In this document: positions 28,444 through 39,383 of the stretch, piece after piece
Layout: every line of letters starts with the position of its first letter
How positions within the stretch are numbered: the stretch's first letter is position 1
DNA from: Clostridia bacterium
Lineage (GTDB): Bacteria > Bacillota > Clostridia > UBA1212 > DUPL01
NCBI GenBank assembly: GCA_050951325.1
Contig: JBMNIW010000011.1
Span: forward strand, 1 to 64,000
Reading direction: 5' to 3'
DNA length: 64,000 nucleotides
Position numbers and translations under genes: made by a program
The notes under the pieces: generated by a model
What the model was told of the DNA's origin: nothing
The model's input: only the letters and a program-made list of their open reading frames with translations
Databases searched by the model: none

Positions 28444-29565
28444 CTACCCCTTGTTCTTCTTTGACGTCATTATCAGAATAAGGACAATGCCTCCAATCAG
28501 CAGCACGGAAAGTGCAACAAGCACTATTGGCAGTATGCCAACTGATGAGGCAGCACCTGTCTTGTCCTCTTCCTGGGCTGTTGGTGTGGTGGAGGGAGTT
28601 GTCTCAGCAACAGGAGTTTCAGTCTTTTCCTTGGTTGGGGCTGGTGTCACGTCATAATTCAGCGCCACCTTCACATTATCCACCTTGAAGGCGTTTGCCC
28701 TGTTTCCAAATCCAAACAGGCCGCTTAAAGGAACCACCGCCCCTTCCACCTTGACAACTTCATTTCCCACAGCATCCTTGATAACAACTGTTCTGTAGCA
28801 GTCTTCAGATACTATTTCTTCTCCCCTTCTGCTTTCATTCCAATAGTTTGGACCAAGCTTGACTACAACATTTTCCACATCAGCAAGGGCTATTTCGCAA
28901 ATCAATGTGTCTTCCGCATAGAAAAACACCTTTTCCTTTTCATCCACAATCTTCACACTGACAAAATCATCGAAAGTCTTGCCTTCAGGTAGTTCAAAAA
29001 ACGCAGATATTGAATACACTCCAAAGTCCCTCTTTGAAGCATCGTCCACCTCACCAACAGCACCGTAGCCCTCTGGTGCATTTACAGGACCAGCAGTGCC
29101 ACCTGATTTGTTTGTATGTACGCCAACTTCGACGTAATTCTCATAGCAGTAAAAGTTTATGCCTGAAACCCCAAGGAAAGCAAAAGCTTCCTGGTCCTGG
29201 CCATTATCCGGCTCAAACACAAAATCTTTTGAGGTCTCAGCTACACGAATTGCTATGAATGATCTGTATGCATTTTTGGGACGGTCGGTAGTACCGTTTG
29301 TTGCAAAATCCACATAAAGAGTGTAATCTTCCAGCAAATCATAATAGAATGCACTGGCACCTTCAGTCCATTTGCCATGGTAATAACCATTTTCCCCATC
29401 AAACTCATAGTTGTTCTCATTTGCATTGTACATGCCAAAGTATGTAAAAAATTCTGTTTGGGAAAACGTTCCCGCATTTAGATCATCTTCTAGCAAAACA
29501 GTTTCTGCAGATACAGTTATCTGTAAAAAGATAATCACCAGTAGAAAAAGCACCAACCTTTTCAT
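28444..29565 (-). CDS. Secreted/cell-surface protein with C-terminal membrane anchor
   Basis: Signal peptide MKRLVLF..VSA, beta-rich body, Pro/Thr linker, TM followed by a KKNK tail. Confidence 0.75.
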   Translation of the reverse strand: MKRLVLFLLVIIFLQITVSAETVLLEDDLNAGTFSQTEFFTYFGMYNANENNYEFDGENGYYHGKWTEGASAFYYDLLEDYTLYVDFATNGTTDRPKNAYRSFIAIRVAETSKDFVFEPDNGQDQEAFAFLGVSGINFYCYENYVEVGVHTNKSGGTAGPVNAPEGYGAVGEVDDASKRDFGVYSISAFFELPEGKTFDDFVSVKIVDEKEKVFFYAEDTLICEIALADVENVVVKLGPNYWNESRRGEEIVSEDCYRTVVIKDAVGNEVVKVEGAVVPLSGLFGFGNRANAFKVDNVKVALNYDVTPAPTKEKTETPVAETTPSTTPTAQEEDKTGAASSVGILPIVLVALSVLLIGGIVLILIMTSKKNKG

Positions 29566-29720
29566 AACCGAACCCTCCTGAATTTGTCCATATACTTCCA
29601 CTAATTATCATACCCTGATTCTAATTATCTTTATGCAGTCAAACAATGTACAAAACATACCTTTAGTTGAAAGTAATAGACATATTGTAATAAAAAGACT
29701 GTGATAAAAATCACAGTCCG

Positions 29721-30104
29721 TCACTCACCTATCATCACTACAAAAGCAATCGCATTTTCGCTTGTATGGGAAATGGATATGTCAGAAGAAAATATATTCA
29801 AAGAATTGTAAAGTTCCATAGCTTTTCCACGGAGTATAAGGTTTGGTTTTCCCCTTTCACCATTAACAACCTCCACATCCAGCAAACCCACATCACTTCC
29901 AATACCGGTACCCAAAGCCTTGGAGACAGCTTCCTTAACTGCAAATCTTGCAGCATAGCTTTCATACATATGTGCCCTTTTTGAATTGCAGTAATCCTGT
30001 TCCTTTTTTGTATACACTTTATCCAAAAAAGACTCTTTCGAGGTCATAATTGCATTCTTTATTCTACTTACTTGCACTATATCCGTGCCCGTATAGACCT
30101 TCAT
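29721..30104 (-). CDS. acpS: Holo-ACP synthase
   Basis: GTDIV, AARFAVKEAVSKALGTG, SISHT. Confidence 0.95.
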   Translation of the reverse strand: MKVYTGTDIVQVSRIKNAIMTSKESFLDKVYTKKEQDYCNSKRAHMYESYAARFAVKEAVSKALGTGIGSDVGLLDVEVVNGERGKPNLILRGKAMELYNSLNIFSSDISISHTSENAIAFVVMIGE

Positions 30105-30123
30105 TTACTTAATCACATCCCTA

Positions 30124-30837
30124 TCATATATCTCCGCATTTTTCAGCAATAAGCAAATCAGCTCTTGCCTGCGCTTTAGTCCATCTTGATTTATGGTCAA
30201 TCTGCCTGATTCTGTACTCTGTACTGTCTCTCCTAAGCTGCTCTGTTGCCATTACTCTTGCACATCTTTCGTTTACCAGCCTTCTCAACCTGTCCATGCT
30301 CTCCTGCATTTCGGAGCTGCCAAATCCATTTGCCGCTCCGTATGTATTGTCTAGAGCAATGATATTTTCTCTCATGCGAGCCAGTTGCGTCTGCGACCTT
30401 ATGTTCTGCAGCTCTCTCAACTTGCTTTTCATCTCTGCCTCAAAGTGCTTGAAGTGGTCCCGAACTCTTAACGCTTCCTGAACTGCCCTTTCATGGAGTT
30501 CCTTCTTCTCAAGATACTGCTCCGTATACTCCTCCTCTTGAATCAGCAGCTCCGCCAGAAGTATTCTGTCTTTTTCAAGAGTCGCCACCTCAATTCTGTC
30601 CTGCACATCCCTCAGTCGTTTTTCCGCCTCTCTCATGTCAAGCCGGACCATTTCCGCCCAGGTTTGTATTTCTATCAATTGTTTCTCCGCTGCCTTCCGG
30701 CTTTTTTGGATACGCATTTCCGCATCTGCTATAAGCAATTCCGGGTTATTTTTCTCTATTTTTCCAGTCATTACTCCAAAAAAACCTCCGAACAAACTCT
30801 TCAGTCTGCTGAACAAACCCACTTGGACTACCCCCAA
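30124..30837 (-). CDS. PspA/IM30-family coiled-coil protein (true start may be GTG at 30822)
   Basis: GLFSRLK..IEKNNPELL N-terminus, long coiled coil. Confidence 0.75.
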   Translation of the reverse strand: MGVVQVGLFSRLKSLFGGFFGVMTGKIEKNNPELLIADAEMRIQKSRKAAEKQLIEIQTWAEMVRLDMREAEKRLRDVQDRIEVATLEKDRILLAELLIQEEEYTEQYLEKKELHERAVQEALRVRDHFKHFEAEMKSKLRELQNIRSQTQLARMRENIIALDNTYGAANGFGSSEMQESMDRLRRLVNERCARVMATEQLRRDSTEYRIRQIDHKSRWTKAQARADLLIAEKCGDI

Positions 30838-30940
30838 TTATATCACATTATTATTATATATTCTATTATCGCCCCTTTTCATTTATACCGGCCAAAAAGA
30901 CAAAAAAAGAACCTATACTAAACATATAGGTTCCAATTTT

Positions 30941-32293
30941 TTAAACTGTAAGGACACCGTTTTCATTTTCAAGAAGTATAAGGACTTCAACCTCACTTCC
31001 ATCCTCCGCATCTATATATACAAGGAAGTTTCTATCGTCCTTGTTGCATTTAAACTCGTAAACAAAATGCTCGCCACCAAAGTCGTTAGGAATTACCGCC
31101 TTATTCACATCCTCAATTGTCAGTAAAGGACTTACTTTTTCTTGCGCTTCTTCGGCTGTAATCTTTGGAGTCGGAGTTTTCCTGTCATGATGGCTAGTGA
31201 TGTAGGCATGGCTTTCAAGACCAATTACCTCTCCTGTGTCCAAAGCAACTTTCACCTTCATCATGTCTGGATAGTAGCGAACTCCTTCCTTTACATAAAC
31301 ATAGTTGATCGTAGCTACGTTGTCTTCAATTATATGATAGGAAGGTTCCATGTCCACAACTCCAAGTCGTGCCAAAAAATCCTTCCCTATTTGCGTTGCC
31401 TGTTCAGCACTCAGGTTTGGTTCACCAATATCCCTATACAGCAGATAGTAGTAAACCATACCGCCAACTTCTGTCAGGTCAACATACGCAACATGAATGT
31501 CTTCTTCCTCAAAACTTACAGTGTAGCTGTATGTTCTGATATTTGCGTTCCTGTTGTTCTCTGCAATGTTGACAGTAGGCTTCCTGTCACTGAAATATTT
31601 GTAGATTTTATCCGCTCCCTGTTCCTTCGTTATATTGTCGCCTTTCAAACCTTTTGGTTTGATATCCGACATGTGGGTTGAGAAAGGACCATCGTAAATG
31701 AGCGCAGGGTAGTTTTCAAAGGGTTTGGTCAGCTTGCTCAAGGATTCATACTTTTCCAACACTGTATCATCTGAAAAAACTTTCTCAGAATCCTTTTGAA
31801 TATCCCGCCAGTTGTACCTTTGGGATGTAAAATCAGAATATACTTCGAAAAGACCTGAGTTAAGCTCCGTTGCATAACCATAGAGCTGCGTCAGGGTTTT
31901 GTAATCATCATCAGTTATTTTTTCTCCTCTTATTGCTCCATTGTTCCACGAATAGGATATGTCACCTATTTGAACCAGAAAATTCTGTACTTTTGACATC
32001 ATGTTGTGATTCATTGGAAGCATGCTCAGACATGCAGCCGCCTGTGTGGCACTGTTCCAGGCATTCTCCAAAAGCTGGGCACGCTTTTGCGGAGTGCCTG
32101 TTGCCAATGCTTTGAGCAGGTATTCTTCCACATTGTTTGTATGCTCTACAAGGTCGGTAAAGGCACGGTTGTACTGGTTTTCGAGTGCAATTTCATAGTC
32201 TTGGGCCATTTTGTTGTAATAGACGCCATATACTGTAAGCCCTACTAGCATTAAGAAAACCATTGTTGACGCTACAAAGTTTCTTGCCTTCAT
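30941..32293 (-). CDS. ypeB: Germination protein YpeB
   Basis: LENQYNRAF, YPALIYDGPFSTH, YYPDMMKVKVALD, C-terminal PepSY. Confidence 0.93.
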   Translation of the reverse strand: MKARNFVASTMVFLMLVGLTVYGVYYNKMAQDYEIALENQYNRAFTDLVEHTNNVEEYLLKALATGTPQKRAQLLENAWNSATQAAACLSMLPMNHNMMSKVQNFLVQIGDISYSWNNGAIRGEKITDDDYKTLTQLYGYATELNSGLFEVYSDFTSQRYNWRDIQKDSEKVFSDDTVLEKYESLSKLTKPFENYPALIYDGPFSTHMSDIKPKGLKGDNITKEQGADKIYKYFSDRKPTVNIAENNRNANIRTYSYTVSFEEEDIHVAYVDLTEVGGMVYYYLLYRDIGEPNLSAEQATQIGKDFLARLGVVDMEPSYHIIEDNVATINYVYVKEGVRYYPDMMKVKVALDTGEVIGLESHAYITSHHDRKTPTPKITAEEAQEKVSPLLTIEDVNKAVIPNDFGGEHFVYEFKCNKDDRNFLVYIDAEDGSEVEVLILLENENGVLTV

Positions 32294-32474
32294 ATTCTCC
32301 TCCAATTCCGCTTCTTAAGCTTTGTTTTACCTAAACTTGATTCAATTGTATTTTTAACTAAAACTTGCATTTTATCCTTAAAAAAATTGGAAGGAAAGAA
32401 TTCTATAAAAACATAAACTGCATATACATACATTGAATTCAATGAATTTATCAAATTATAAAGAGGGATAAAAA

Positions 32475-32747
32475 ATGATTGCAATTTTAAAAAACAACGC
32501 CTTCAGGATAGTGGATAGAATAAGGGAAATGGATAGAGAGAAAAAAGAAAAGAAGCGTATTGAGATGGAGTATGCACTCCTTCAAGAAGAACTATACAAG
32601 ACGAATGTTCAGATACGTTCTGCGTACAATAATTTTAACAACACTACTGACAAGGATTGCATCTCCTACTATCTATTTCTCATAAAAGCGCTTGAATCAA
32701 GATATGCACTTCTTCTGAAACGGGCAAAAGATATCGATTATGCATAA
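32475..32747 (+). CDS. YaaL/DUF2508-family protein
   Basis: AYNNFNNTTDKDCISYY..KALESRY..LLKRAK pattern. Confidence 0.75.
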   Translation: MIAILKNNAFRIVDRIREMDREKKEKKRIEMEYALLQEELYKTNVQIRSAYNNFNNTTDKDCISYYLFLIKALESRYALLLKRAKDIDYA

Positions 32748-32818
32748 TCTTGAAACAGCATACAATAGGTTGTATAATTGAAAGAGATAAAGTATATGAA
32801 AAATGTCAGGAGTATTGT

Positions 32819-33682
32819 ATGGGCAACATAGTCGTAAAATCAAAAGCAAAAGTAAATCTTTCACTGGACATACTTGGATTAAGAGATGATGGCTATCACG
32901 AAGTGTTAATGATAGTGCAAACAATTCCTCTTTACGATATGATAACCATAACAACAGAAAAGTCGATAGCCCCATCTATCGAACTTACATGCAACAAGAA
33001 AACACTTCCTACAGATTCAAGAAATCTGGCTTACAAAGCCGCAAAAATGCTGATGGACAAGGCAGGAATCAACGATAGAATCAAGATTAGTATAAAAAAA
33101 AGAATACCCGTCGGAGGAGGTCTAGGTGGAGGCAGCTCAAATGCCGCTTCAGTCCTAAATGGCCTTAACACATTGTACAAGTTGGGCATACCAACGGAAG
33201 AGCTGGCTGAAATGTCAAAAACATTGGGTTCCGATGTCCCCGCTCTTGTATATGGAGGTTGCGTTCTTGCAAAAGGCACAGGTACGGATGTCTCCCCTCT
33301 CCCTTCTCTTAAAAAAGGCTATATGCTTCTTGTTAATCCGGGTGTTTTTGTATCAACTGAAAAAGTGTATCACAAGTACGACACCATGCATATTCCAAAA
33401 GATGCACACCCTGACACAAATCAGCTCATAAAGTTCTTAAGACAGGGGGATCTTCATGCTTTTGCTAAAAACATGAAGAATGTTCTTGAATATCCTGTCC
33501 TGGAAAGCAAGTCAAAAATTAGGAATCTGAAACAGGAAATGATGCAGACCGGTGCACTTGGCACCATGATGACCGGTTCAGGCTCATCCATCTTTTCACT
33601 GTTTGATGATATTAAAAAGGCTTACGCAGCCCTGGAACACTTTAGAAAACAACATTACTTTGCCGTCTTGATAAATTTATAG
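32819..33682 (+). CDS. ispE: 4-diphosphocytidyl-2-C-methyl-D-erythritol kinase
   Basis: AKVNLSLDI..R.DGYH, IPVGGGLGGGSSNAA, GSDVP, MTGSGS. Confidence 0.96.
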   Translation: MGNIVVKSKAKVNLSLDILGLRDDGYHEVLMIVQTIPLYDMITITTEKSIAPSIELTCNKKTLPTDSRNLAYKAAKMLMDKAGINDRIKISIKKRIPVGGGLGGGSSNAASVLNGLNTLYKLGIPTEELAEMSKTLGSDVPALVYGGCVLAKGTGTDVSPLPSLKKGYMLLVNPGVFVSTEKVYHKYDTMHIPKDAHPDTNQLIKFLRQGDLHAFAKNMKNVLEYPVLESKSKIRNLKQEMMQTGALGTMMTGSGSSIFSLFDDIKKAYAALEHFRKQHYFAVLINL

Positions 33683-33989
33683 AGCTTACTCCGGTAAAAT
33701 TACAACACAATGATTACGGGAGAGAGTATGACAATTATTAGAATAAACAGTAACTTCTTTAACCATTTTTTCTTTCACTACTCGACCCTCCTTCCAAATA
33801 TTGCATTATAATACAAAGCAATGATATTTCAATAATATTTATACCTAAGGGACCGAATAACATTTGACCACAAGATCCGAGGTGCAGATTATACCACTTG
33901 TATCATAACAAGCGGCATCTAGAATTACTTTTCTTTATTGTTAATTATGATATAATTTTTTTCATTAAAGCTTATAAATCGGAGATGAT

Positions 33990-35255
33990 TTGAAAATGAC
34001 AAAACCCTATTGCTTTGAAAGATATATTAAAACAGAAACATGCATACCAAAAAGTATCAAAAAAGTTTCCGAACCACGTATTTATATTACGGTTAATGAA
34101 GCCATTGAAGATTTCTCCGCTTTCAAGTCAATTATCTTATATGCTTATTCTGGAAGACAGTATTGGGAAAGCCCCTCACTAACATTTAATGATCTTTTTT
34201 CTTCCATTGACAAGAAGCTGCATAATATGGATTCAGCTAAAATTTCGATACCTGAACTCTGCGATTGGTATCATACATGCCTAAAAGGAATGAAAATCGT
34301 AGATAATCACTTGACTATCTATACCTTGTATAATGGTATCTTTAGATTTGGTGCTGAATATGCTGCATATTTTACCGACGTTACCGTTGAAAAAGATTTT
34401 AACTCATACCGTGTTATACAGAGTAATGACAAACAAATAAATGTCGGCAGTATAATTGATGTAAATAAGGATAATCTATTCAAAACTTTATCTCCTTCTG
34501 ATAAAGAATATTATCTTGTAGGAATACGCAGTTGGACTCCGGTGGAAACTATTTCTGTAGAATGTAACGGCAAAGAAATCCAGTTGCCATTACATAAATG
34601 TCGTGCCTCGGCCAATAAATTTACAGGTAGACGAAACCACTTCATTCATAGTGACGTTGATGGTATCTGTGTAGTTACATCCAACACATTCGAACTTAAC
34701 GAGAATTATACATTTGATATGGCAAAAACGTTAGGAAAGAATTTACAAAGCAAAAAAGCATTAATATGGAATCTATCAGACAATAGTGGAGGAACATCTG
34801 ATTATGCAGATTATTTCATCAGAGGTCTTAATGGTTACTCAGAGTGTAATACTAATGTCGCCATTTTACATTCCAATTATACTGATGCATCGTATAATAA
34901 CACACCATATTATAAATGGGATTACATTATTGATGAGGGTTATGATTATTCGAAATCCATGTACAAAGGTTTTCTATATGTTATTATGAATAGTCGGACA
35001 GCTTCTTCTGGAGAAACGGCAATAGGATATGCAAAAAGTGTAGAAAAATGTTTGACATTCGGAGAAAACTCCTACGGTTGTGGGGTGTTTGGCGAATTAA
35101 AATATTATCAATTACCTTATAGTAAAACTACAATGGCCGTACCAAGCAAAATATTTTTAGGTGATTTTGAAGAAGGTAAGGGATATACACCGGATTACTG
35201 GGTTGATAGCATTGATGTTCTGAGCGAAGTTCTAAAATGGCTTAAGTATAAATAA
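33990..35255 (+). CDS. S41-family peptidase-like protein
   Basis: WNLSDNSGG, TASSGE, GENSYG, EEGKGYTPDYW motifs; AT-rich. Confidence 0.7.
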   Translation: MKMTKPYCFERYIKTETCIPKSIKKVSEPRIYITVNEAIEDFSAFKSIILYAYSGRQYWESPSLTFNDLFSSIDKKLHNMDSAKISIPELCDWYHTCLKGMKIVDNHLTIYTLYNGIFRFGAEYAAYFTDVTVEKDFNSYRVIQSNDKQINVGSIIDVNKDNLFKTLSPSDKEYYLVGIRSWTPVETISVECNGKEIQLPLHKCRASANKFTGRRNHFIHSDVDGICVVTSNTFELNENYTFDMAKTLGKNLQSKKALIWNLSDNSGGTSDYADYFIRGLNGYSECNTNVAILHSNYTDASYNNTPYYKWDYIIDEGYDYSKSMYKGFLYVIMNSRTASSGETAIGYAKSVEKCLTFGENSYGCGVFGELKYYQLPYSKTTMAVPSKIFLGDFEEGKGYTPDYWVDSIDVLSEVLKWLKYK

Positions 35256-35426
35256 AATACTAATTTAAAAGGGGGTGTGTTGTGCATCTTTTTGACTACG
35301 GTGTGCATTGTATATTAAAATGGATCACCTTTCCCAAATAAAATGAATACTGAACGGTTTAATGCCTATTGAGGTTCTCAGTAGGCATCTTTAAAATCAA
35401 AGGCTGTATAACTTCACGGCTTTCCC

Positions 35427-35572
35427 TCATCCAAACTTCAGTGCAAAACGCTGCTTCATTTCCTCGGTGGCGGTTACCGTGTATGTCATGGTTATAATAC
35501 TTCCCCGACCGCTTCTTTCTGCTGCATATTCAGATGTGCTATAAATTTATTTGAAAACTCTTCCTGTGTCAT
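35427..35572 (-). pseudogene. Remnant of a UvrD/PcrA-like helicase N-terminus
   Basis: LNMQQKEAV (Q motif) joined out of frame to ITMTYTVTATEEMKQRF (motif Ia); Walker A absent. Confidence 0.65.
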
Positions 35573-35846
35573 CTTATCAATTCCTTATATTTTTTCAGTT
35601 TATATTAACACATGCTTTTATTATATGTACATTACCCATCTTAACTTATATATATATATAGTTACGCAAAAACAGCCTCTCATCCTCTATGAATGAGACG
35701 ATAGGCTGTGATTTGCATTCAAACTATTTTATTACTAACATTATACAAAATTATACAAATAGGTAGTTTTTCTTGATGGATGCCTCAATTGACATTTGAC
35801 AGTATTGGAGGTATTATAATCTTAATTATTGATTGGGAGGCTTAGT

Positions 35847-36647
35847 ATGAGATATGAAATAGACCATGATATACATATACACTCTCATCTCTCATTGTGT
35901 TCCAATGACCCAATGCAGACAAAAGAGAATATTCTTGCGTATGCAATAAGGAATAATCTGAAATACATTTGTTTGACTGATCATTTTTGGGATGAAAATA
36001 TACCCAGAGCTAATGAGTTTTATGAGCCGCAGAATTTTGAGCATATTAAAAAGGCTCTTCCTTTGCCTGAAAGTGATTCAGTTAAATTCTATTTTGGCTG
36101 TGAAACAGAGATGGATAAGAACTACAGACTTGGCATATCGGAAGAAAGGTTTGACTCTTTCGACTTTGTTATCATCCCAACTACCCATCTGCACATGATG
36201 TCCTTCACAATAGACGAAAAGGATACATCACTTGAAAGGCGCGCAGACCTTTATGTTGCCAGGCTTGACAAACTCCTTGATATGGATATACCTTTCCACA
36301 AGATTGGAATTGCCCATCTGACCTGTCCCTTAATGGCCCCAAACAACAAGGACGATCACTTGAAGGTATTGGACCTCATACCAGACAAAGTCTTTAAAGA
36401 ACTGTTTTCAAAAATTGCTAAAAAGAAAGCAGGTTTTGAGCTAAACTTCTCCTTTTTTCAATATGAAGGAGAATCCTTGGAGAGAGTGCTTAGACCATAC
36501 AGGATAGCCAAGGAATGTAATTGTAAGTTCTATCTGGGCAGTGATGCCCACCATCCACAAGGTTTTGATTATGCAATAAAGAACTTCAGTGCTATTATTG
36601 ATGCACTGGATCTTAAGGAATCTGACAAGTTCAAGATAAAAAATTGA
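35847..36647 (+). CDS. PHP-domain phosphoesterase
   Basis: DIHIHS, LTDH, GCETE, GSDAH. Confidence 0.9.
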   Translation: MRYEIDHDIHIHSHLSLCSNDPMQTKENILAYAIRNNLKYICLTDHFWDENIPRANEFYEPQNFEHIKKALPLPESDSVKFYFGCETEMDKNYRLGISEERFDSFDFVIIPTTHLHMMSFTIDEKDTSLERRADLYVARLDKLLDMDIPFHKIGIAHLTCPLMAPNNKDDHLKVLDLIPDKVFKELFSKIAKKKAGFELNFSFFQYEGESLERVLRPYRIAKECNCKFYLGSDAHHPQGFDYAIKNFSAIIDALDLKESDKFKIKN

Positions 36648-36679
36648 GCAAACCCGCAAGAGTTTGCTCAAAGATATCT

Positions 36680-37795
36680 TTAAGGAAGTATAGTTATTAC
36701 AGGGCGTCTGTCAGAAGGACAGCTGACGTCAAACATGTTTTTGACACCCATGATCTTGACATTGTCGAGAAACATTTCCTTGAGCTCTGCTCCTCTTTGA
36801 AGGATTTCATTCGGCTGATAGGTAAGGAAAATGTCTGAGTTCTCAATAATGCAGTTCCTGAAAGTTATATCATGATATGGCTCTTCAGAGGGAAAAACCT
36901 CACTGGCAAAGTGCAGCCATATTCTTACCATGTTGTGTCTTCCCGCTTCTCTTGGAAGGGTGTTGTCCTTCCTTCTGACCGCCTCTGTGTAACGGTTCTG
37001 GACAACAGTCATTCTATGAGGATAAATGCCAGGTCCCCAGATATGGCAATTCTCTACAAGGATATGACTTCCACCCATTCTGAAAGCATCACAGGAGGTG
37101 TTCATATTACAGTTCCTTACAACCAGTCCTTCCACATTAATTCCACCAATACAGTCGTCACCCGTATGTATGATGCAGTCTTCAATCAATGTATTTCTGC
37201 AGAAATGGAGATGGAATCCGTCGCTTCCTCCATAGCATTTAAGACCTCTTGCAGTTACATTTGTACAGTTGTCTATCTGGTGTGCGAAATTGCCAAAGTG
37301 CTGTATGGTATAACCTTCCAGAAGCAAATTGTTCACGTTGGTAATAAATATGCCGTGAGGTCCCCTGTAGCCTTCTTCCCCATTAGGATCCGCACAGTCA
37401 TCACCATCTATCACAGAATCAGGTTCTCCAATTATTGATATGTTTTTTCCTCCATAAACGGATATGATTGCCCTTCTGTACTCTTCCCAAGGCTTGTCGT
37501 TATAATAGTTTGGGATAAGTTCCATGTCCGTACGCAGTTCCACACCTTCCGGCACTTCAAACACTGGATAATCCTCGCATATGTCCGAGCCCAGGAGATA
37601 TGCCCCGGATTCAAGAAGGAGTGTCGTATCCGACCACATACGAAGACCTCCAGTACGATATTTGCCTGATGGTATAACTACAGTGCCCCCCTCATCCTTA
37701 CACATGTCAAAAACTCTTTGCAATGCTTCGGTTTGCAATTCTTCCTTGCCTGGAACCACTCCATAATCGGTAACTTTGAAAACTCGTGTGCTCAT
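36680..37795 (-). CDS. GH28-like / pectin-lyase-fold beta-helix protein
   Basis: VTDYGVV..TEALQ, GGTVVIPSGKY, SDGFH, TGDDCI. Confidence 0.8.
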   Translation of the reverse strand: MSTRVFKVTDYGVVPGKEELQTEALQRVFDMCKDEGGTVVIPSGKYRTGGLRMWSDTTLLLESGAYLLGSDICEDYPVFEVPEGVELRTDMELIPNYYNDKPWEEYRRAIISVYGGKNISIIGEPDSVIDGDDCADPNGEEGYRGPHGIFITNVNNLLLEGYTIQHFGNFAHQIDNCTNVTARGLKCYGGSDGFHLHFCRNTLIEDCIIHTGDDCIGGINVEGLVVRNCNMNTSCDAFRMGGSHILVENCHIWGPGIYPHRMTVVQNRYTEAVRRKDNTLPREAGRHNMVRIWLHFASEVFPSEEPYHDITFRNCIIENSDIFLTYQPNEILQRGAELKEMFLDNVKIMGVKNMFDVSCPSDRRPVITILP

Positions 37796-38090
37796 TCAAA
37801 TACCCCCATGTTAATACATTTGCTTTTGCGCATAATATTACCAAATGATATGCATTCTGTCTATTGAAGAAGATTTCTTGCCAATCTTTCAGGAAGAGGA
37901 GATGGTTCAGGAATAAGAATATAAAAACACCAAACGCATCTTATCAATAAACTTTGTTTTACCATTGCTTGTTGTTGCTACCACTGGCACCTTAAGCCCA
38001 AGGTCTACGCCATTACGTTTTTGCCCATTGATTTGTTTTTCATTTACTTCTATGTCAACCCGTGTTATCTATTCAAATTCAATATCCCGC

Positions 38091-39371
38091 TCATTGCTTT
38101 TTATCTGCCACTACCAGAAACCTATGACATGTAAAATCTATATATCCATCCTTTTGTATTATTCTATCAATATCTTTAAGTTTTTCCAGATATCTTTTAA
38201 TTGTAAAATTCGGAACTTGCCAGGGTATGGCTTTTAAATAGAACACAATTGCACCAACATCATAAAACCTGGTTTTCACAAATTCCTCTTTTTCCAAAGT
38301 TACATTAAACCCATTTTCCTTCAATCTGGCAACAGCAGCAATCAAATTCCATCCCACATACTCGGGCAAAGGCACACCTAACAGCTCATTGATTTCCTTG
38401 TCATTAAGGCCACCGACCTGCTGTGTAACAAATACCCCGCCCTTTTTAAGTACTCTATGTACCTCTTTTTCAGAATACGATTCATGCCTGTTTATAACCA
38501 AATCAAAAAAATAATTATCAAATGGAAGATTCTCATCACTATCCACTTTATAGACTTTAACGCCCAAGGGCTCAAGCCTCTTTCGTGCTATTGGTATGTT
38601 TGGTTCATAACCTTCAGTAGCACAGACAATTTTGGGCAGCGGGGCAAGGGATGAAAGAAATTCTCCTCCACCAGTACCCATGTCCAATAACGAAGAACAG
38701 CGGTTCATCCTTTTCTTTACCTCATGCCAGTAGTTCCACGAAAGCGGAAACTCCTGCATTCTGTTTGTTGATTCAAGATACGAAAAATCCCATCCTTCAA
38801 AGTGTTTTTTCTCTTCTTCAATCAACAAATCAAAAAAATCCCTGTCCTTTTTTCTATTAACCAAAAACTCTTCCTTTGTCATTTCATAATCAACAGCCGT
38901 TCTATATTTGCCGGTCTGGTCTTTCCAGCAATTCTCCCTTGTACCTACTCTTCTTGCTCCGATTTTCCTCTCATAGACATGCTGTGCCCTTGTATTTTCA
39001 ATCATTGTATCCCATACAATTCTATCTACAAAATTGAAAAGATGTTCAAACAGCAATAGAATGATTTTAGTGCCATATCCTTTGTTCTGATAGTCAAAAT
39101 CACATATCTTCCACCCGGGATATGCAGTATTATCCTCAATTCTGTAACTTAGCTCGCCAACAGCCTTACCATCAATCTCAATGATGCAAAGCTGCCTTGA
39201 ATTATTATTCCTACTCTTTACGTTGTTTATGGTTTCCTCAAGAGACTCTCCCACTCCATAGGGAAATCCTGCGTGTTCCATGGCACGCCCGTCATTCCAC
39301 CACTGGTTCAGAAGAATTGCATCTTCAACTGTAGCACTTCTTACAACAATATTGTCTTTTGTCAGCCTCAT
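38091..39371 (-). CDS. GNAT acetyltransferase + class I SAM methyltransferase fusion
   Basis: N-terminal QNKGYGT..NTRAQHVYE; C-terminal FEGWDFS, LLDMGTGGGE, DLVINRHE. Confidence 0.85.
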   Translation of the reverse strand: MRLTKDNIVVRSATVEDAILLNQWWNDGRAMEHAGFPYGVGESLEETINNVKSRNNNSRQLCIIEIDGKAVGELSYRIEDNTAYPGWKICDFDYQNKGYGTKIILLLFEHLFNFVDRIVWDTMIENTRAQHVYERKIGARRVGTRENCWKDQTGKYRTAVDYEMTKEEFLVNRKKDRDFFDLLIEEEKKHFEGWDFSYLESTNRMQEFPLSWNYWHEVKKRMNRCSSLLDMGTGGGEFLSSLAPLPKIVCATEGYEPNIPIARKRLEPLGVKVYKVDSDENLPFDNYFFDLVINRHESYSEKEVHRVLKKGGVFVTQQVGGLNDKEINELLGVPLPEYVGWNLIAAVARLKENGFNVTLEKEEFVKTRFYDVGAIVFYLKAIPWQVPNFTIKRYLEKLKDIDRIIQKDGYIDFTCHRFLVVADKKQ

Positions 39372-39383
39372 AACTACCCTCTT

